Of a DNA stretch of 64,000 nt, positions 12,900 through 25,085 are shown piece after piece. Numbering within the stretch: the stretch's first letter is position 1; the number at the start of each line of letters is the position of its first letter. The position numbers and the translations under genes were made by a program. This DNA is from Glaucostegus cemiculus (lineage: Eukaryota). The notes beneath the pieces were generated by a model. That model was not told where the DNA came from, did no database searches, and worked only from the letters and a program-made list of their open reading frames with translations. The stretch is taken from the NCBI GenBank assembly GCA_976551045.1, contig CDPCPM010000016.1:27342001-27406000 (forward strand). The letters are read 5' to 3'.

Positions 12900-13110
12900 T
12901 AATGCTGCAACCACTCAGCACACAAGGCAGCATCTGTAGAAAAAGAACAAGAGCTATAGTTTCAGGTCGAAGATTCATTGCCAGAATATATGAGGGGGTC
13001 TTCAACCTGAAACGTCAACACTGTTTCTCCTTCGACAGATATGGCAAGCCCTGCTGAGTGTTCCCAACATTTTCTCTGTTTATTTCAGATTTCCAGCATC
13101 TACCATTTTT
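12900..13110. mobile_element. Palindromic Penelope-derived repeat (two inverted terminal-repeat halves)
   Basis: Left arm CAGCATCTGTAG...TTTCAGGTCGAAG is the imperfect reverse complement of right arm CTTCAACCTGAAACGTC...ACAGAT...CTGCTGAGT. Confidence 0.65.
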
Positions 13111-13834
13111 TGATTTGATTTGCACATGACAGCCAGTCAACCATCAGTGCAGCCAGCTGTCATTTAGTTCATATTTCCAGATTTTTTCGGTTGGTTTCCC
13201 ACGTCACGATTAATATCATGACCTTGTTGTCTCCTGCTGGTTTCATTTCTCTGTGTGTGTTTTCTGAATCATTACCTTCAGGAAATCAATAAATTAAAGG
13301 CCCCATGTCCAGAATTCTTATTTGCTAGTATATAGACAGCAGCTCCAGCTTGACTCCAAATAAAACAGAACTATGACCCAGGGATTTAGAGAGGACAGCA
13401 AAGCTGAAGTTCACAGATGATGGTTAATAATTCCAAGAACCTAAGGGAACTCCAACAGGAGTGGTGGAATGAATAAAAACAAATTCCACAGGGAATTCAG
13501 TGTCAGTAATTCTGAGATAATGCTTTTGGTTGAGAATGTGATAATTATACTTAGAATGAAGGAAACCTGAACTTTGTGAAAGACCAGAGGGATCCAGGGA
13601 TTTGAGCTCAAATGTCATTAAAAAAAAGCATTCTCATAAATAAATCCATAAGGAAAGCTAATGGAATGAGTTTTATGACAAAAAAGAATACAATCGCCAA
13701 AATATAATGGTGAATCTATGCAACAATGCTGCAAGACCTCATGCAATGTTTTCCTGCAATGTGGGAAGGACGAGAGTCTGCTGTGGTAGTAAGGAGCAGA
13801 TTCATTGGAAAACCCTTCTGTCTGTGGGATTGAA

Positions 13835-16800
13835 CATAGAACGTTGCAGCACAGTTCAGGCCATTCGGCCCATGATGTTGTGCCAACATTTTACCCTGCC
13901 CTAAGATCCATCTAACCCTTCCCTCCCATGTAGCCCTCCATTTTTCTTTCACTCATGTGGCTATCCAAGAGTCTCTTAAACGTCCCTAATGTACCTGTCT
14001 CCACAACCTCTGCCAAAAGTACATTCCACTCACCCACCACTGTGTAAGAAAAAAAACTTGCCCCTGACATCCCCCCTATACTTTCCTCCAATCACCTTAC
14101 AATTGCACCCCCTCATGTTAGCCATTTTCACCCTGGGAAAAAGTCTCTGACTGTCCACTCAATCTATGCCTCTTATCATCTTGTACACTTCTATCAAGTC
14201 ACCTCTCATTCTCCTTCGCTCCAAAGAGAAAAGCCCTAGCTCACTCAACCTATCCTCATAAGACATGCTCTCCAATCCAGGCAGCATCCTGATAAATCTC
14301 CTCTGCACCCTCTCTAAAGCTTCCATGTCCTTCCTATAATGAGGCAAACAGAACTGAACACAATACTGCGTGTGGTCTAACCAGAACTTTATAGAGCTGC
14401 AACGTTACCTAGCAGCTCTTGAACTCAATACCCCGACTAATGAAGGCCAGCACACCATACACCTTCTGAACAACCGGATCAACTTGTGTGGCAACCTTGA
14501 GGGATCTATGGATGTCGACCCCAAGATCCCTCTATCCCTCCACACTGTTAAGAGTCCTGCCATTAACTTTGTATTCTGCCTTCAAATTCAATCTTCCAAA
14601 GAGTATCACTTCACACTTTTCCAGGTTGAACTCCATCTGCCACTTGTCAGCCCAGCTCTGCATCCTATCAATGTCCTGTTGTAACCTACAGCAACCTCCT
14701 ACACTATCCACAACACCAACCTTAGTGTCATCTGCAAACTTACTAACACACCCTTCCACATCTTCATCCAAGTCATTTATAAAAATCACAAGGAGCAAGG
14801 GTCCCAGAACAGATCCCTGCAGGAACACCACTGGTCACCAACCTCCAGGCAGAATACACTCCATCTACCACCACCCTGTACATTATATGGGTGAGCCAAT
14901 TCTGAATGCACACAGCCAAGTTTCCCTGGATCCTATGCCTCCTGACTTTCTGAATGAGCCTTCCATAAAGAACCTCATCAAATGCCTTACTGAAATCTAT
15001 GTACACCACATCCACTGTTCTACCTTCATCAATGTGCTTTGTCACCTCCTCAAAGATTTCAGTCAGGCTTATGAGGCACAACCTGCCCCTCTCAAAGCTA
15101 TGCTGACTGTCCCTAATCAGTCTATGCTTCTCCAAATGCCCATAAGTCTGTCTTAAAGAATCTTCTCTAGTAATTTCCCCACCACTGAAGTAAGACTCAC
15201 TGGTCTGTAATTCCCAGGGTTATCACTACTCCCTTTCTTGAATAAAGAAGCAACATTTGCCACCCTCCAATCATCTGACGCTACTGTTGCCAGTATTGAT
15301 GCAACAATCATCGCCAAAGTCGTAGCAATCTCTTCCCTCGCTTTTCTAATAACCTTGGATATATCCTGTCCAGCCCTAATGATTTATTTATCCTAATGTT
15401 TTTCAAAAGTTCCAGCACACCCTCTTTCCTCACGTTGACATGTCCTAGCATATCAGCCAGTTTTACACCATCCTCAGAAACATCAAGGTCTCTCACACTG
15501 GTGAATACTGAAGCAAGGTATTCATTAAGGACCTCCCCTACCTCTTCCAGTTCCAGGCACGTTTCCTCTTTTATCCCTGATCGGTCCTACCCTCACTCTA
15601 GTCTCCTCCTATTCTTCACGTGTGTGTAGAACAGCTTGGGAGTTTCCATATTCCTACTCGCCAATGCCTTCTTATGCACTCTTCTAGCTCTCCTAAGTCC
15701 ATTCATAAGCTCCCTCCTGGCTACCTTGTAACTCTCCAGAGTCCTGTCTGATCCTTGCTTTCTAAACCTTGGGGAAGCTTCTTTTTCCTCTTGTCAAGAT
15801 GTTCTGCATCTCTTGTCAACCACAGTTCCTTTACTCTACCATCTTTACCCTGCCTCAATGGGACAAACCTATCCAGAACCCCACGCAAGTACTCCCTAAA
15901 CAACCTTCACATTTCCCTTGTGCACTTCCCCAAGAATATCTGTTCCCAATTTCCTGCCTAATAGCATTGTAATTCCCCCTCCCCCAGTAAAACACTTTCC
16001 CATATTGTCTGCTCCTATCCCTCTCCAAGGCTATGGTAAAGGTCAAGGAGTTATGGTCACTGTCTCCAAAATGCTCTCCCACTGAGAGATCTGAAACCTA
16101 TCAGGCTCATTGCCTAGTACCAGGTCCAGTATGGTCACTCTAGTCAGCCTGTCCACATACTGTGTCAGGAATCCTTCCTGGACACCCCTAACAAACTCTG
16201 CCCCATCTATCCCCTTTACACTAAGGAGGTGCCAATCAGTATTAGGGAGGTTGAAATCACCCATGACAACAGCCCTGTTATTTTTGCCCTTCTCCAAAAT
16301 CTGCCTCCAGAGCTGCTGCTCAGTGTCTCTGCTGCTATTGGGGGGTCTGTAGAATACTGCCAATAGAGTGATCGCTCCCTTCCTGTTTCTGACTTACAGA
16401 CACACTGACTCAGTGGACGATCCCTCCAGGACATCCTCCCTTGCTACAGCTGTGATACTGCCCCTGATCAGCAAAGCCACTCCCCTTTCTCTTTTACCTC
16501 TTTCCCGGTCCCTTTTGAAACACCCAAATCCCAGAATATCCAGCAGCCATTGTGACAGCCAAGTTTTGGTAATGGCCACAACATCGTAGTTCCATGTACT
16601 TACCCGTGCTGTAAGTTCATCAGCCTTGTTCCTGATACTTCTCACATCAAAGTAGACACACGTCAGCCCATCCAGCTGACTGCAATTTTGCCCTCTCAAA
16701 TGCCTATCCTTTCTCACAGTCTTTCTACACATTGCATCTGCTCATACCCTAAATGCACCAACCTCTGACCTATCACTCTGGTTCCCATCCCCCTGCCAAG

Positions 16801-17920
16801 TTTAAACCCTCCCCAACGGTTCTAGGAAACCTGCCCGCAAGAGTATTGGTCCCCCTCCAGTTCAGGTGCAACCTCTCCCTTTTGTACAGGTCATACCTTC
16901 CCCAAAGGAAATCCCAGTGATCCACAAATCTGAAACTCTGCCCCCTGCACCGACTCCTCAGCCACACATTCATCTGTCAAATCAACCTATTCTTATCCTC
17001 ACTGACACATGGCATAGGCAGCAATCCAGTGATTACTACCCTTGAGGCCCTGCTTCTCAGCTTCCTACCTCACTTCCTATATTCCATCTTCAGGACCTCA
17101 CCTTTTTTCCTGCCTATGTCATTGGTACCAACATATACCATGATAACTGGCTGTTTGTCCTCCCCCTTCAGAATGCTGTGACGAGATCCGAGATGTCCCT
17201 GACCGTGGCACCCAGGAGGCAACATATCATCTGGGAATCTCTTTCATATCCACAGACTCTCCTGTCTGCACCCCTTACTATGGAATCCCCTATCACTTCA
17301 GCTCTCCTCTTCTCCCTCCTTCCCTTCTGTGCCACACAACCAGGCTCAGTGCCAGAGATCTGGTCATTGCAGCTTTCCCCTAGTAGGTCATGCCCCCCAA
17401 CAGTATCCAAAGCGGTATAGCTGTTATTGAGGGGAACAGCCACAGGGGTACTTTGCACTTCCTGCAATTTCTCCATCCTTTTCCTGACAGTCACCCAGCT
17501 ACCTGCTTCCTGCAGCTTCAGAGTGACTGCCTTCCTGTAGCTCTTATCTATGATACTCTTCGTTCTCCTGTAGGAGCTGAAGGTCATCCAGTTGCAGCTC
17601 TAGTTTCCTAACACAATCTGTAAGGAGCTGCAACTGGATGCACCTCATGCGGATGTAGCTATCAGAGAGACTAGATGTCTCCCAGAACTCCCACATCTCA
17701 GAAGGTGAACACACCACTGACCCCAGAGCCATTCTAACTACTCTAGCCTGGCACTAAAGGAAAAATCAAAGAAAGAAAGAAGGACATTTACCAGAGATTT
17801 ACCTTCACCTCCACTCACATAAACCTCTTGAGCCAAAGCCTCAGTCCACCCTCTTTAACACTGGCCCACTCACACAATGGCTGCTCTGCTGATACCTATC
17901 CTCCTTTTATTTACTGCTGT
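13835..17920 (-). mobile_element. Near full-length degenerate CR1 LINE (ORF1 with esterase domain, ORF2 APE-RT)
   Basis: ORF1: Cys-rich and coiled-coil start (17544-17732), SGNH esterase VIGDSIVRG and GTND. ORF2: APE (RSIRNK, YRPPNS, VVMGDFN, ILDLVL) and RT (DVVYIDFSKAFD, QGSVLGPLL, SKFADDTK, WQMEFN). Many frameshifts. Confidence 0.93.
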
Positions 17921-18159
17921 TAATCAATCAACTGGTAACAATTTGCAAATGTGCCTCATTTAGACTCTTGCAAAATGAAACTCACAAGCACACGCACAGA
18001 GACTCACCTCTTATCAAAGCTCCACTCCAAATCTCGTTGCAACTCCTGACTCTGCAAGGTGAAACTCAAGGTGAACATAAGAGATTTAAGACAGAATGCA
18101 AACAAAATTGGTCACTGTTCTTTTATCAAAACTGTTCATCATATTTCTAATGAAATGTC

Positions 18160-18265
18160 AGCAAGCTGAAACACTAACTCTGTTTCTCTCTCTGCAGATG
18201 CTTCTTGACCTTCTGAGTATTTTCTGTTTTATTTCAGATTTCCAGCTTTTGCAGTGTTTTGCTTT
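18160..18265 (+). mobile_element. Penelope-derived terminal-repeat fragment
   Basis: CTGAAACACTAACTCTGTTTCTCTCTCTGCAGATGCT...TTTCAGATTTCCAGC; same family as 12900-13110. Confidence 0.6.
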
Positions 18266-20234
18266 GGGAATATGACTTCCTACTTGGTTTGTCAAAATAA
18301 TGTAAATGTATGGATTTGCAGCCTGTGATAACACTACAGTAGATGAAGAACACCACATACCTTATAAAGCATAATGACAATATTTTCTTGGTCTGTACTT
18401 TTAGTCATCTTTATTAATACCTTTTTTTGTCTCTGTGTTAATGTTGGCCTGTTTATGCTCATGTGAGCACCTTGGGGCATTTTCTTATCTTGGTGGTGCA
18501 ATATAGATACAGGTTGCTGTAAAAACAGAAGTGATATTGTTTCCAGTTGTATTTTGTTGGTTCTGATTGTGACAAACATATCCTGTTTAATGCTGAAGAT
18601 TATAAAGATTACCAAACTTCCAAGAAGCATTGGTTGATGATTTCTCTGTTGGAATATGGGATCCAGAGAAGACAGGAGTTGCTTTGCTGATTGGATTTGC
18701 ATTCCAGTTCCTTGCTGCACCTTAGATATTCGAGTAAATTTTGTAAACCTGTCCAGTATGATTTCAACATGTATTTATGTCCACTATGAATTTTAGGACC
18801 ACTTTGAATACAGCATGTGAAACACATGCAGTATATGGTCTGAATACTGTACTACTTAAGTAGTAAATTAAAAGTAATACATGGTACTACATTGCTGTTT
18901 TGAATCAAAGTCATACCTTCACATAGATACTCTGAGTTTAATTTTTTTTTCTGAACAACTTGAGATTTTGTGATAGGGTCCTGCCGAGCTATAACAGTAA
19001 TGATAATTGGCAGTTTGGATTTTCCTCATGTTGGATTAGGGGTTTGGAAGTTGTCTGCACGATAGGACTGTTGTTGTGCTGTGTAAGTAGTCAAGAGATT
19101 ATTCTGTTTCCGATCACCCTTTATGAATTAGTTCAAATGGTTGCAGTGGCAAACCAACAAATGGTGCCTGCTGTTACTGTTAACATTATTTTGCAATGTG
19201 GTAACCGTATTTGGAGGTGTGGGAGGCCTTCTTGTTCAGCATCTGCAAACTGAGTGATAAATGAAAGTAATTGTGCCATTCCTAAGCCAATTATATTGAC
19301 AAATTGTAAAATGAAAAATACCGATTCTGAAATTTGCAAACTTTTAAGCAGGATTTTGACTTAGAGGTATTCAGTTATAATCCATTGGATGGTTTGTGTG
19401 AGTAAATTATATATTAGATAAAGATAGTGAAATAAAACAAGGTTGTGAAAGAGAATATGAAGAAGGCAAACTAAAAAGAACACTGGAAGTAAGGCTTTTC
19501 CTGCCAATAGAAAGGAGATTTTGACTGAAGTGAACAAGTCGTAACATTCTGCATTAAAGTTACCTTACATATACTGTATGGGAACTTCATACCACTTAAT
19601 GCTTTTGAGTGCAGAGCCAAACAATTAAATGCTGTTTTTGTGGAGCAACCCACCTCAGGGAGCAAGCTTAAATCTGCAAAGTTTATTGTCTGCCAATGTC
19701 TGAAGTTGTGGTTGCATTTGCAATAAATGACAGTGGGCATTATCATTTCAGAATAACTTCACCTGATGTTTTGGGCGTTTTTCTGTTTTTCATGCATGAT
19801 GGTGTGACTGCTCTGTTTTATTTTGATTGAGTTAGAATACTCACCTTCTCAAAATGCAGAAGTTATTCTATTAAAACTTTTAGCCAGCTGTTGTCTTCAT
19901 GAAATAATTACAAGCTGACTATTAAGGCGACAGAAAGATTTTCATTTTGCCATTTCCAGCACCAGATAAAAAACTTCCAATTTAAGGGCGCTGAAAATAT
20001 TTTTTTCCAATATATGTATTTAATTACAATACCTATGATGTCAATTTGAATTCAGTGACAGGAAAGTAAGAAAATAAAGCTTTAATGTCAAAAATATGCT
20101 GTATTCATTTTTTTGATTGGCACATGATAAATATCGCATTAACTGAAATAAGGCTGGAGTAAAGAAAGGTTTTTGTTTACAAAGCTTAATATTCACCTAC
20201 AGGAAAATCATACAAGAAGAATAATTAAAATTTT

Positions 20235-20355
20235 ACAAAGTGCAGATGATGGAAATCTGAAACAGAAAGTGCTGGAAACACTCTAGGTCAGGCAGCGTCT
20301 GTAGAAAGAGAAACAGAGTTAATATTTCAGGTTGTCGGAGACCCTTTATCAGAAT
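20235..20355 (-). mobile_element. Penelope-derived terminal-repeat fragment
   Basis: Reverse-orientation copy of the same repeat, including a near-hammerhead core CTGATAA...GAAAT on the minus strand. Confidence 0.6.
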
Positions 20356-20489
20356 AATAATTACATGGCCATATGGATCACCTGCATGGAAAGCTATTGA
20401 AAACTGCCTACATTTCTAATTAATGGTGTGCCTGTACGCCTCAATTGATAATCTGAAAATAAGTCTCCTAGTTTTTCTGACTCTTCTCT

Positions 20490-20705
20490 GCCCAGGGAAT
20501 CAGTTAGAGACTACCTCATTACATATATTTAAAAGACAGTTAGACAGATTTGTGCATAGTAGGGGGATTAAGGGTGATGGGGAAAAAGCAGATAGGTGAT
20601 TCTGAATCCACAGCTAGATCAGCTATGGTCTTATTGAATGGCCGAGCAGACTCGGTTGTGGGGGGGAGCAGATGGTCTACTCCTGCTCCTATTTCTTATG
20701 TTCTT
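20490..20705 (+). mobile_element. CR1 3' end fragment
   Basis: TTTAAAAGACAGTTAGACAGATTT...GATCAGC...TTGAATGG...TACTCCTGCTCCTATTTCTTATGTTC, CR1-type 3' UTR. Confidence 0.7.
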
Positions 20706-20799
20706 TAAACCTACATGTTATAAATGTCATTAATATTCATCTTTAGTCTGGTTTTATTCTCGTGAGAGGTCAGAGTAATATCTGGTATTCAATCCACAG

Positions 20800-20964
20800 G
20801 TCGTTTACTTTGGTGACAGTATGCGCTCAGATATATTTCCAGCCCACAGCTACAACAACTGTGAGACAGTCCTAGTGCTGGAAGAGCTGGAAGTTGAAGC
20901 CAGCCAACAAGTTACAATGGAAAGACAGGACTCTGAGCCACAGGAGAAGAAAGGAAAATATGAA
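20800..20964 (+). CDS. NT5DC1: 5'-nucleotidase domain-containing protein 1, internal exon carrying HAD motif IV
   Basis: cag|GTC...GAA|gtgagt, phase 0/0, 165 nt; VVYFGDSMRSDIFPAHSYNNCETVLVLEEL...EPQEKKGKYE matches recalled human NT5DC1 VVYFGDSMHSDIFPARHYSNWETVLILEEL...EPLEKKGKYE. Confidence 0.95.
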
Positions 20965-21780
20965 GTGAGTATTCTAAACAACTTGATCATAATTAGTTTG
21001 GACAAATATAGCAAGAAGAGTTGCAGTTTATGTTTGAAGATCATGATTTGGATTTTCCAATCCACAGCAGAGGAATGGCACTCCCAATGACCTCAAAGGA
21101 ATGCATGCCAAAAAATTAAGCAGTGATCCCATACAGATATGTGACATCTAGAAACAATGATGTCAACAAACTGGTTGCGCAGCCTATCAAATTGAAAATT
21201 CTCATGGAAGGCAAATCAAGAAGTTAAAGTCAATTTTATTGAACATTTTAAAAATTATACAGGAAATAAAATAAAGATCGGAACATACACATGGGGTGAA
21301 TGTAGAAACTGAAATAGGATTAATAATCTTTAAAGAATATATATTATTTTAAAACAATAACATTTGCAAATTCTTTTCTGAAGGAATAGCCATCCACATA
21401 TATAAAAGTGTTTTTTCAAGGGGTTTGTTCAGCAGTTACCTTGTATTATTAAGTTGTTACAAACTCTATTGCATCTTATTCAACAGGGTTTAAACTTTTT
21501 CAATGTTTGTTGCAGTGAGAATAGAGTGTTAAAATTTGAATTTTTTGTTAGTTCATTTCACCTTTTGTCAACTGCATCTGAAGAGATACAACCTGTGGAG
21601 AAGCAGGATATCACTGACAAGTCCATTGGATATAACTTTTTTGAATGATATAGGGGGAAGCTGTTCAGCCCATCGAGTTTGTACTGGATCTCAGAACAAT
21701 CTCAATCCCCCACTTACTTGGCCATAACCTGTTCTTTCTCACATATCTTACAACCCTTCCCTCACTCCAACACTCCTATC

Positions 21781-23450
21781 ATAGAGTCATAGATAGAGTC
21801 ATACAGCACAGAAACAGGCCCTTCAGCCTAACTATTCCATGATGACCAAGATGTCCCATCCAAGCTAGTCCCATTTACCAGAGTTTGGCCCATAACCTTC
21901 CAAACCTTTCTGATCCATGTACCTGTCCATCTGCCTTTGAATTGTTGTTATTGTACCTGTCTCAACCACTATCTCTGGCAGCTGATTCCACATGCATACC
22001 ATCCTTTGTGTGAAAAGGTTGCCTCTCAATTTCCTATTAAACCTTTCCCCTCTCATCTTAAACCTATGCCCTCCAGTTTTTGATTCTCCAATCCTGGGGA
22101 AAAGACTGAGTGCATTCACCCTATCTATGCCCATCATGATTTTATACACCTCTGTAAGATCACCTCTCAGTCTCCTATACTCCAAGGAATAAAGTCCTGG
22201 CCTGTTAGAGTAGTGAAATTATGGAATTCTTTGCCACATACAGCTGTGGAGGCCCAATCATTAGGGGCATTTAAGGAGGAGATAGATAGGTATCTAATTA
22301 GTCAAGGTATCAAGGGATACAGGGACAAGGCCAGAAATTGGGGCTAGATAGGAATAGTTTTTAGTGTAGCTCATGGAGCAAACTCGATGGGCTGAATAGC
22401 CTACTTCTACTCCTTTGTCTTGTGACCTTGTGTCCAACCTCTCCTTATAACTCGGTCCCTCAAGTCTTGGTAACATGCTTATAAATCCTTTCTGCACTCT
22501 TTCCAGTTTCCTAACATCTTTCCTATAGGAGGCTGACCAAAACTGAACACAGTACTCCAAATGCAGCCTCAAATGCCAGCCCCTTATACAACAGCACCAT
22601 GATCTCCCAACTTTTAGACTCAGTGCCCTGACTGATGAAGGCCAGCATGCCAAAAGCCTTCTTCACCACTCTGTCTACCTGTGGCTCGACTTTCAGGGAA
22701 CCATGTAATTAAACTCCAAGATCCCTCTGTTCTACAACCTCCACAGGGCCCTGTCATTCACTGTGAAAGTCCTACCTGGATTTGACTTTCCAAAATGCAA
22801 CACCTCACACTTATCTGAATTAAACACCATTTACCATTCCTTGGCCCACTTATTCAGCTAATCAAGATCCCCCTATAATTTTATATAACCACTGTCAATA
22901 ATACCACCTACTGTAGTGTCATTTGCAAACCTGCTAGCAATGCATTATCGGAGTTTCTCCAGTCTGAGAAACAACCTTCCACCATCACCCTGTGCTTCCT
23001 ACTATCAAGCCAATTGTGTATCCAATTAGCTCACTCTCCGTGAATTCCATGTGATTTAACCTTCCAGAGCAGCTTACCATGTGGAAGCTTATCAAATGCC
23101 TTACTGAAATCCATAAACTATGTCTACTACCCTGCCCTCATCAACTTTCTGGGTCACATCGTCAAAAAACTCAATTGTTAGTTAAACATGATCTCCCATG
23201 TCCAAAGCCATGCCAACTACCCCTAATCAACCCCAGTCTTTCCAGGTAAACGTTTACCTTATCCCTCAGAATCTGCTCCAGTAACTAGCATACCACAGAT
23301 ATACTGGTTTATCATTCCCAGGTTTTCCTTTGCTGCCTTTCTTGAATGAAGGCACAATATTTGCTATACTCCAGTCTACTGGCACCTCACCTGTGGCCAA
23401 CAATGATGCAAATACCTCAGCCAGGGCTCCCATGATGTATTCTCTGGCCT
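21781..23450 (-). mobile_element. 5'-truncated CR1 LINE (RT to 3' end)
   Basis: LEYCVQFWS..YRKDVRKLERVQK and RRLRGDLTEVYKIM...FTQRMVCMWN; ATAGAGTC tail repeats. Confidence 0.9.
22206..22430 (+). mobile_element. Short CR1 3' fragment inserted antisense into the CR1 above
   Basis: RVVKLWNSLP...FKEEIDRYL then GATGGGCTGAATAGCCTACTTCT tail; host sequence rejoins with TGT at 22203-22205 and 22431-22433. Confidence 0.8.
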
Positions 23451-24320
23451 CCCACCACCTACACTAGGGGTAATTTGCAATAATCATTTAAACTACCAAC
23501 CAGCACATCTTTGAGATGTGGTAGAAAACTTGAGCACCTAGGGGAAACCTACAGGGTCACAGATAGAACATGCAAACTCCACAAAGCCAGCACTGTAAGT
23601 CGGGATCAAACCAAGATTGCTGGAGCTGTGAGATTGTAGCACTAACTACAGCTCCACCATGACAGCCTTTAATTTCCTTGTTTAAAAATGTATATGCAGA
23701 ATCTGCTGTCAGTATAGAGGCTAATGATAGTGAGTGCTAACAGATTCTATGTCATGTAACCGCAGAATCCAAGCCAACAGCAATAACTGTATTTATCTAT
23801 TCTTAATCGCAGCATATATGAACTAACTTTGCTGCAGCAACCCAAGTAAATTATTTAGGTCATGTTGTACAAGGTTTAATTAAGGTAAAATAATCCTCAT
23901 AAAACTAACATAATTTATTTAGAAATATGTTGTACATTGACATTAACCTAAACCATTCAAGTGTAATTTTCAATCACATGTGCAGTAATGTTGCCTTTCT
24001 TATAAACAAATTCCCTCTACATCACTTAAGCTTTACTTTATCCCTGAAGTGTAGTCTGCATGTTGGAGAGGACAAAAGTTTTTTTGACCAATATATTCAG
24101 CATCTAGTGGACAGCCTCCTTCATAACATATTTATAAAATATTTTTTTAAAATCTTGTTTTCTATGATACACATATTTTTGAGCATAAATATCTGGTCCT
24201 GAGCAAGCATTGTATTTTTGGGATTTTGTATTGGGCCTCTTTTTCCTGTCCCTGCAGTTAATGTTAACATTAGCAATCCCATAGTAACACGTGAAGTGGA
24301 AGAATGAGGTTTTTGTTAAG

Positions 24321-24418
24321 TTTTATTTACAGCGTGGTAACAGGCCCTTTTGGCCCAACGAGTCCGCGCCGCCCATTTTAAACCCCCAAATTAGCCTACC
24401 CGTATGTCTTTCAGAATG
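24321..24418 (-). mobile_element. Young HE1-like SINE 3' fragment with CR1-type tail
   Basis: CpG-rich; minus strand ends GGGCCAAAAGGGCCTGTTACCACGCTGTAAATAAAA. Confidence 0.6.
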
Positions 24419-24776
24419 AGTTCTGCTAACATTTTTCCCCACACTAATATCAGGAAAAGTAGAATTGCTGGCCATTCATCTTATTGAGGATTGTGAGGCC
24501 TTCCCCTATATTGCATTTAACTACACAAAAGCACAAGTATACTTCCAAAAGTGATAATGAAAAAGATGTGTGTGCATTTTTATAACTTATATGGCAAACT
24601 GCATGATCAAAACCCTTAGCGTAACAAAGAAATGTAATTTATTCCAACTGTATTAGTTCTTGATAAGTCGCAATTGATTATTACCAGCTGTTGAGAGGGT
24701 TGGAAGGTTACATTCATGGAATATTTTCAGATAATGACACAAAATTAATGTCAACAGAAGTAGCTGCGAACTGAAA

Positions 24777-25085
24777 TAGCGTAGTGGTTAGCGTAACGCT
24801 GTTACAGCACTAGCGACCCAGTTTCAATTTTGGACACTGTCTGTAAGGAGTTTGTAAGTTCTCCCCATGACTGCATGGTTTCCTCTGGGTGCTCCGGTTT
24901 CCTCTGGGTGCTCCAGTTTCCTCACACATTAAAAAGGCGTACGGTTTAGGAAGCTGTGGGCGTGCTATGTTGGCGCCAGAAGTGTGGCGACACTCGTGGT
25001 CTGCTCCCAGAACACTCTATGCAAGGATGCATTTCACTGTGTTTCAATGTACGCGTGACTAATAAAGATGTCTTCTCTTATCTTA
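24777..25085 (+). mobile_element. tRNA-derived V-SINE
   Basis: A-box-like TAGCGTAGTGG, V-domain with an internal duplication of GTTTCCTCTGGGTGCTCC, tail ...GTGACTAATAAAGATGTCTT. Confidence 0.85.

Larger units (their letters stand above)
21645..23668 (-). mobile_element. HE1-like V-SINE with CR1-type tail, split in two by a CR1 insertion
   Basis: tRNA-like head and V-domain at about 23455-23668 (minus); remaining body and CR1-like tail (GATGGGCTGAACAGC) at about 21645-21780. Confidence 0.6.

Noticed and set aside
14488-15156. Longest ORF in the window (222 aa, + strand)
   Set aside because: Antisense shadow of the CR1 reverse transcriptase.
19845-19990. Possible antisense exon with a perfect AAG|GTGAGT donor on the minus strand
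   Set aside because: Stops in all three frames and an A-rich, weak acceptor; unsupported without transcript data.
1-20799. Preceding NT5DC1 exon (expected PGWYSQGN-like peptide) or a nested COL10A1
   Set aside because: No matching peptide, Gly-X-Y run or C1q domain seen by eye; these probably lie upstream of the window.
24777-24840. tRNA-like sequences (also at 38510-38578 and 53706-53780)
   Set aside because: SINE heads continuing into V-domains; no complete cloverleaf.
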